Shown here: positions 60,225-64,000 of the stretch, piece after piece
Layout: every line of letters starts with the position of its first letter
How positions within the stretch are numbered: the stretch's first letter is position 1
From: a virus
IMG/VR virus record: IMGVR_UViG_3300028571_000009
DNA length: 64,000 nt
Reading direction: 5' to 3' (one strand)
Notes under the pieces: generated by a model
Told to the model about the DNA's origin: nothing
The model's database searches: none
Seen by the model: the letters and a program-made list of their open reading frames with translations, nothing else
Translations under genes and position numbers: made by a program

Positions 60225-60713
60225 ATGGCAGAATTATTAGACCCGTCAGAGATAATGTATACCAGCTTTGAACCCAAAGTTGCGAACAGATTTATTATGT
60301 ATATCGAGGGTATTCCAGCATATTTAATTAAAGCAGCAAACCGTCCCGGAATTACATTCGGAGATGTAGTATTAGACCACATTAACGTAGAGCGTAAGCT
60401 TAAAGGCAAAGGCCGTTGGAATGATGTATCAATTACATTATATGACCCGGTAGTGCCAAGTGCAGCACAAGCTGTTATGGAATGGATAAGACTTTCACAT
60501 GAATCAGTAACTGGTCGTGATGGTTATTCTGATTTCTATAAGAAAGATATTACATTTAATGCTTTAGGACCTGTAGGCGATAAGGTAGAAGAATGGACTT
60601 TGAAAGGGGCGTATATTGGTGACGCTAATTTTGGTGACTTTGACTGGAGTACGGAAGATGCGGTTAATATTCAATTAACTTTGAAATATGACTACGCGAT
60701 TTGCCAATTTTAA
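60225..60713 (+). CDS. gp19: Tail tube protein (gp19-like)
   Basis: FEPKVANRF...KLKGKGRWNDVSITLYD...VMEW...YKKDI...WTLKGAY...LTLKYD. Confidence 0.9.
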   Translation: MAELLDPSEIMYTSFEPKVANRFIMYIEGIPAYLIKAANRPGITFGDVVLDHINVERKLKGKGRWNDVSITLYDPVVPSAAQAVMEWIRLSHESVTGRDGYSDFYKKDITFNALGPVGDKVEEWTLKGAYIGDANFGDFDWSTEDAVNIQLTLKYDYAICQF

Positions 60714-60760
60714 TTTTCATTGATAATCCATAGAAAATAGGATAATCGAATTTGATAGTT

Positions 60761-60804
60761 AGAAGTATTTTCCTTATATTTATTAGTATAAAGAAAGTAC
60801 TTTT
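60761..60804 (+). promoter_or_regulatory. 18-bp hairpin enclosing the promoter motif just upstream of the endonuclease gene
   Basis: 60761-78 pairs with 60787-804 (two G-U pairs, one mismatch); loop TTTATTAG; ATG at 60808. Confidence 0.7.
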
Positions 60805-60807
60805 AAC

Positions 60808-61650
60808 ATGAATAACACTTCTGATTTAAAATTTACCTGCCCAATTTGTAGTAACAAATATAAAAGTTACGTCGGTGTGAGCTCGCACCTATCACGTGAA
60901 CATCACATTGGTACCCCCGCGGCACGATATATGGCGTTTCATAATATCACAGAAATACCAAAATGTAAATGTGGTTGCGGAAACGACGTTAAATTCTTCC
61001 CAGGAAAAGGCGGCTGGTTTGGAGAATATTTGGTTGGTCACGTATCTAGAACAAATGGTGGATTTCAAACTAAAGAAGGATTAGAAAAATCAGCAAATAC
61101 TAGACGCGAACGATTTGCTTCTGGTGAAATTGTGCAATGGAATAAGGGAACACATTACACGGCTGCACAAATGGTGCTTATTAATGAACGGGCTAAACGT
61201 CCAGATAGACGCGCTAAAATTTCAAAAGCGCTTAAAGGTAGACCGAAGACCGAAGAACATAAAAAGATTATGTTAGTGCAACTAGCAAAAAATAGAAAAG
61301 AATTACTTAAAGGAAATCCATCAAAATTAGAATATACATTCGCGGAAATACTGACAGGATTAGGTATAGAACATATACATCAATATAACGTAGATGGCTT
61401 TGAATATGATTTCTATATTCCTGAAAAGAATTTATTGCTTGAAGTAGATGGTGATTATTGGCACGGTAATCCTAATGTATATGATGAATTACAACTCAAC
61501 GGTATGCAACGTAAAAACAGAGGATTAGACACGTTAAAAGATATACACGCCAAGAAACATGGATATAATCTAGTCAGAATTTGGGAAAAAGATATTCGAA
61601 GCAATAGATTAACTGTAGTCCAGAAACTAATTGATATCATTAGAGCATAA
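60808..61650 (+). CDS. Putative homing endonuclease (zinc finger, NUMOD3-like repeat, Vsr-like domain)
   Basis: CPIC...H...H, CKCGCG, KGRPKTEEHK, YDFYIPEKNLLLEVDGDYWH. Confidence 0.8.
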   Translation: MNNTSDLKFTCPICSNKYKSYVGVSSHLSREHHIGTPAARYMAFHNITEIPKCKCGCGNDVKFFPGKGGWFGEYLVGHVSRTNGGFQTKEGLEKSANTRRERFASGEIVQWNKGTHYTAAQMVLINERAKRPDRRAKISKALKGRPKTEEHKKIMLVQLAKNRKELLKGNPSKLEYTFAEILTGLGIEHIHQYNVDGFEYDFYIPEKNLLLEVDGDYWHGNPNVYDELQLNGMQRKNRGLDTLKDIHAKKHGYNLVRIWEKDIRSNRLTVVQKLIDIIRA

Positions 61651-61680
61651 GGATTTTTCTTTTCAATATTTATTAGTGAT

Positions 61681-62232
61681 ATGATTAAACTATCCGATAT
61701 ACTTAAAGAAGCAGGTCGCACCGGCATTATGCGTGGTACCGCAGAGAAAGAGATGAATACAGGTATTCGTAAGGATTTCAAACGCACGAATATAAATTAT
61801 GGTGGTTGCGGTGTATTTGCTCAATTAATGTATTACGCAATAAAGAAAGAGTTTGGTGTGTCACCTATAATTCTAACTCTATTAAGACATAACGCGAGTA
61901 ATAGGAATCGGTATAAGAACGATGCTAACATCAATAACTTTAAATCATTAGGTGACTTTAGTGATGTCGGGTATATGTTATCACATATTATAATAGAAAT
62001 ACCGAATTCTAATTACTGCATTGATAGTGACGGTATTCATTCGAAAAAATGGTTTGATATTGAGTATACGCCGGACAGGTATAATGATAAGATGACTATT
62101 CAGACATTAACTAGATGGGCTAGAAATAAGGAATCGTGGAACGATATGTTTGACCGCGCGGAGATTCCTAATATAGTGAAGAAGATAGATGCTATTATGG
62201 CTAATGTGCATAAAGTAATTAATGGTAAATAA
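61681..62232 (+). CDS. Hypothetical protein, possible Cys-His-Asp enzyme
   Basis: MIKLSDILKE leader; GGCGVFA...SHIIIE...CIDSDG. Confidence 0.6.
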   Translation: MIKLSDILKEAGRTGIMRGTAEKEMNTGIRKDFKRTNINYGGCGVFAQLMYYAIKKEFGVSPIILTLLRHNASNRNRYKNDANINNFKSLGDFSDVGYMLSHIIIEIPNSNYCIDSDGIHSKKWFDIEYTPDRYNDKMTIQTLTRWARNKESWNDMFDRAEIPNIVKKIDAIMANVHKVINGK

Positions 62233-62249
62233 TTACATATTTATTAGAT

Positions 62250-62642
62250 ATGATTAAGTTACCAATAAGTATAGGCGACACAATTCTGACGGGAAAGTTC
62301 CGTAATAAGAAAACGGTCGTAAAACATATAGGTAAAAATGAATTAGGACTACCTACAGTAAACGGTAAAGTTATAGTAAATTATCGGTATTATACAGAAC
62401 CGGAGCCAGAACAAGTTAAAGAACATAAAACAATTATGAAAGTATCACAATTCAAGAATCTCATAAGAGAAGAAGTCAAGTCCGTTATCAAGGAAGACCG
62501 TACGCGTCTTGCGCCACTAAATAGTGCACAGGAAAACCTCTTAAAAGCATTGTATCTCGTTACAAAGAAACACTATGGTTCATTATCTGACCAAGAAATT
62601 ATTAATACACTATCACATTTAACGACCCTATATACTGGATAA
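62250..62642 (+). CDS. Two-module hypothetical protein
   Basis: SH3/KOW-like N-terminal module, then internal MKVSQFKNLIREEVKSVIKE at 62436. Confidence 0.65.
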   Translation: MIKLPISIGDTILTGKFRNKKTVVKHIGKNELGLPTVNGKVIVNYRYYTEPEPEQVKEHKTIMKVSQFKNLIREEVKSVIKEDRTRLAPLNSAQENLLKALYLVTKKHYGSLSDQEIINTLSHLTTLYTG

Positions 62643-62643
62643 T

Positions 62644-62928
62644 ATGAAACTATCACAATTCAAACAATTAATTCGGGAAGAAGTTAAAAAAGCTATAGCT
62701 GAAAAAAGGCTAGTTGAAAATATTCTTAATCCGAAAGCATTTACTAAACTGTTTATTCAGAATGCAAAGAATGGCCTAGTAGAAAAGCCAGTAACATTTA
62801 AAGACCTTAAACAGTCATTAGATTATGTTACCAGATTATCCGGAATTCCGGACCTTAAGAAAACTCATAAAAAAGAATATGAGGAAATCATAGGACATTT
62901 ATCATCATTCTACAATATCGAGAAATAA
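62644..62928 (+). CDS. Small protein with LIREE leader
   Basis: MKLSQFKQLIREEVKKAIAE. Confidence 0.7.
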   Translation: MKLSQFKQLIREEVKKAIAEKRLVENILNPKAFTKLFIQNAKNGLVEKPVTFKDLKQSLDYVTRLSGIPDLKKTHKKEYEEIIGHLSSFYNIEK

Positions 62929-62930
62929 TT

Positions 62931-64000
62931 ATGAAATTATCATCAGTCAAGAAAATCATTAGAGAAGAAGTTAAGAGAGTTCTTCATGAAGACGCTACTA
63001 ACCAAACAGTTGTAGATATTGTAGCAAAAACTACATTAGATAATTTCGGTCCAAAAGTTAAGGCTCGTGTCCTACATTTTAAGGATAACATGTATACTGT
63101 AGGTCTTAGAAAAGGTATTAACGGTTTATATGACCCGCGATACTATAGTATGTTAGCTGATGATTTAAGAAATAATTTACCGAAAGAATGGTTAGAGCAA
63201 TCATCTGTTGACGCGGTAAAAATTGGTACCGGCGGAGCAACCGAAGGTTCTATAATACTGCGGTTATCTCCAGTCGGTATTAAAGCTGTTGGTAAGTTAG
63301 CGAGATTCGGAGAATCAATTATTAAAGAAGCATACCCTAGAAGCACTCCGAACACGAAATTAACCTTATCCCTTATAAAAAATCAAAATAAAATGAGAAA
63401 ACCAAAATTATTAAAGGAGTCGATGATGTCTGAGATTGACCTGTTAGCTCAAGAAAGCGACGACGTTAAAACGTTCCTAAGTAAACTTAAACCATTCCTG
63501 CAGAAATTTGCGGCAGATGATAAAGCGTATGCTGACCCTAAAGTACTTAAAGGTATTGTGGCTATGTATTTTGACCCGAAAGGAGTTAAAGTAGCAATGG
63601 ATGAAAGCGTATCTAAATTAACCGAAATGATTCGTGCTGAGATTAAGAAAGTTCTTAAAGAAGATTCGAGACAAGCGACATCTGCGGAATTCCAAAAAGC
63701 TAGTAAATTTGCGGCCACGAAAGGAATGAAATTATCTAGTATCGGTGTTGATAAAAAGACCGGAAAAGTAAAAATTCAAGCTTCTAAGAGTGAAACATCA
63801 CCGGAAGAAGAATTTGAATTAGATGAATCTGTACCGACTCTGAGAAAATTAAAAGTTGGTAGTTTTGTAACGCCAAAAATAGGACCGCATAAAGGTCAGA
63901 AGCATGAAATAATTCATGACTTCGGTAATGGTAAATACAATATCAAACCAGTCGGATTAACGGGCGCACAAATTAAATACAAATTGGGCGCAGCCGGCGC
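62931..64000 (+). CDS. Partial modular protein with LIREE leader (runs off the window end; absent from the ORF track)
   Basis: My translation is open from ATG 62931 to the window end: MKLSSVKKIIREEVKRVLHE...KLLKE...MIRAEIKKVLKE... Confidence 0.75.
   Translation, partial: MKLSSVKKIIREEVKRVLHEDATNQTVVDIVAKTTLDNFGPKVKARVLHFKDNMYTVGLRKGINGLYDPRYYSMLADDLRNNLPKEWLEQSSVDAVKIGTGGATEGSIILRLSPVGIKAVGKLARFGESIIKEAYPRSTPNTKLTLSLIKNQNKMRKPKLLKESMMSEIDLLAQESDDVKTFLSKLKPFLQKFAADDKAYADPKVLKGIVAMYFDPKGVKVAMDESVSKLTEMIRAEIKKVLKEDSRQATSAEFQKASKFAATKGMKLSSIGVDKKTGKVKIQASKSETSPEEEFELDESVPTLRKLKVGSFVTPKIGPHKGQKHEIIHDFGNGKYNIKPVGLTGAQIKYKLGAAG

Larger units (their letters stand above)
1374..62245 (+). promoter_or_regulatory. 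Dispersed putative late-promoter motif TA(T/A)TTAT(A/T)
   Basis: Intergenic copies at 6317, 11091, 21800, 24111, 25983, 29242, 32435, 36341, 36409, 39215, 40986, 42993, 49154, 53335, 53989, 54312, 56906, 57887, 60196, 60777, 61667, 62238; TAATTAT variants at 1374, 19445, 44886. Confidence 0.75.

Noticed and set aside
62236-62252. Hairpin around the motif before a non-nuclease gene
   Set aside because: Only 5 bp (CATAT/ATATG); shows that short AU stems arise by chance, so the 39208 stem is scored lower
1377-63718. Many minus-strand and nested short ORFs in the track
   Set aside because: They are shadows of long + strand genes, with no recognisable motifs or upstream signals
1-64000. Stop-codon reassignment as seen in some large phages
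   Set aside because: Genes are full length under code 11, and TAG, TGA and TAA all end conserved genes at expected positions
1-64000. tRNA genes, CRISPR arrays or group I introns
   Set aside because: No cloverleaf or spacer-repeat pattern seen; intergenic gaps are short; interruptions are explained by inteins

Overview
This is a 64 kb piece of a large T4-like (myovirus-type) phage genome in the standard genetic code, with all credible genes on the + strand. It holds most of the virion morphogenesis module: baseplate (gp25, gp6, a gp7-like protein and tail-collar-like proteins), terminase, portal, prohead protease, scaffold, major capsid, neck (gp13/14/15-like), tail sheath and tail tube. It also encodes a T7-type endonuclease I, a primase, a fused Mre11/Rad50-like (gp47-gp46) protein, PhoH and a GH19 endolysin. 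Main observations: (1) the large terminase is fractured by an atypically split intein (31 aa N-half, 109 aa C-half) with a free-standing Vsr-like endonuclease gene between the halves; (2) the portal carries a 433 aa HNH-containing intein; (3) a family of unrelated cargo proteins, including a likely ADP-ribosyltransferase, a HAD phosphatase and a Cys-His-Asp enzyme, shares N-terminal leaders ending in (L/I/V)xE, suggesting a capsid-targeting and protease-release system; (4) a TA(T/A)TTAT(A/T) motif precedes about 25 genes and lies in the loops of hairpins that would block translation of three endonuclease genes; (5) one endonuclease is fused to a methyltransferase; (6) GATC appears to be absent; (7) [ST][GAS]S motifs are enriched in virion proteins. 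All calls come from reading motifs by eye; no database searches were run. The host is unknown, although the mostly SD-less, A-rich leaders are compatible with Bacteroidetes.
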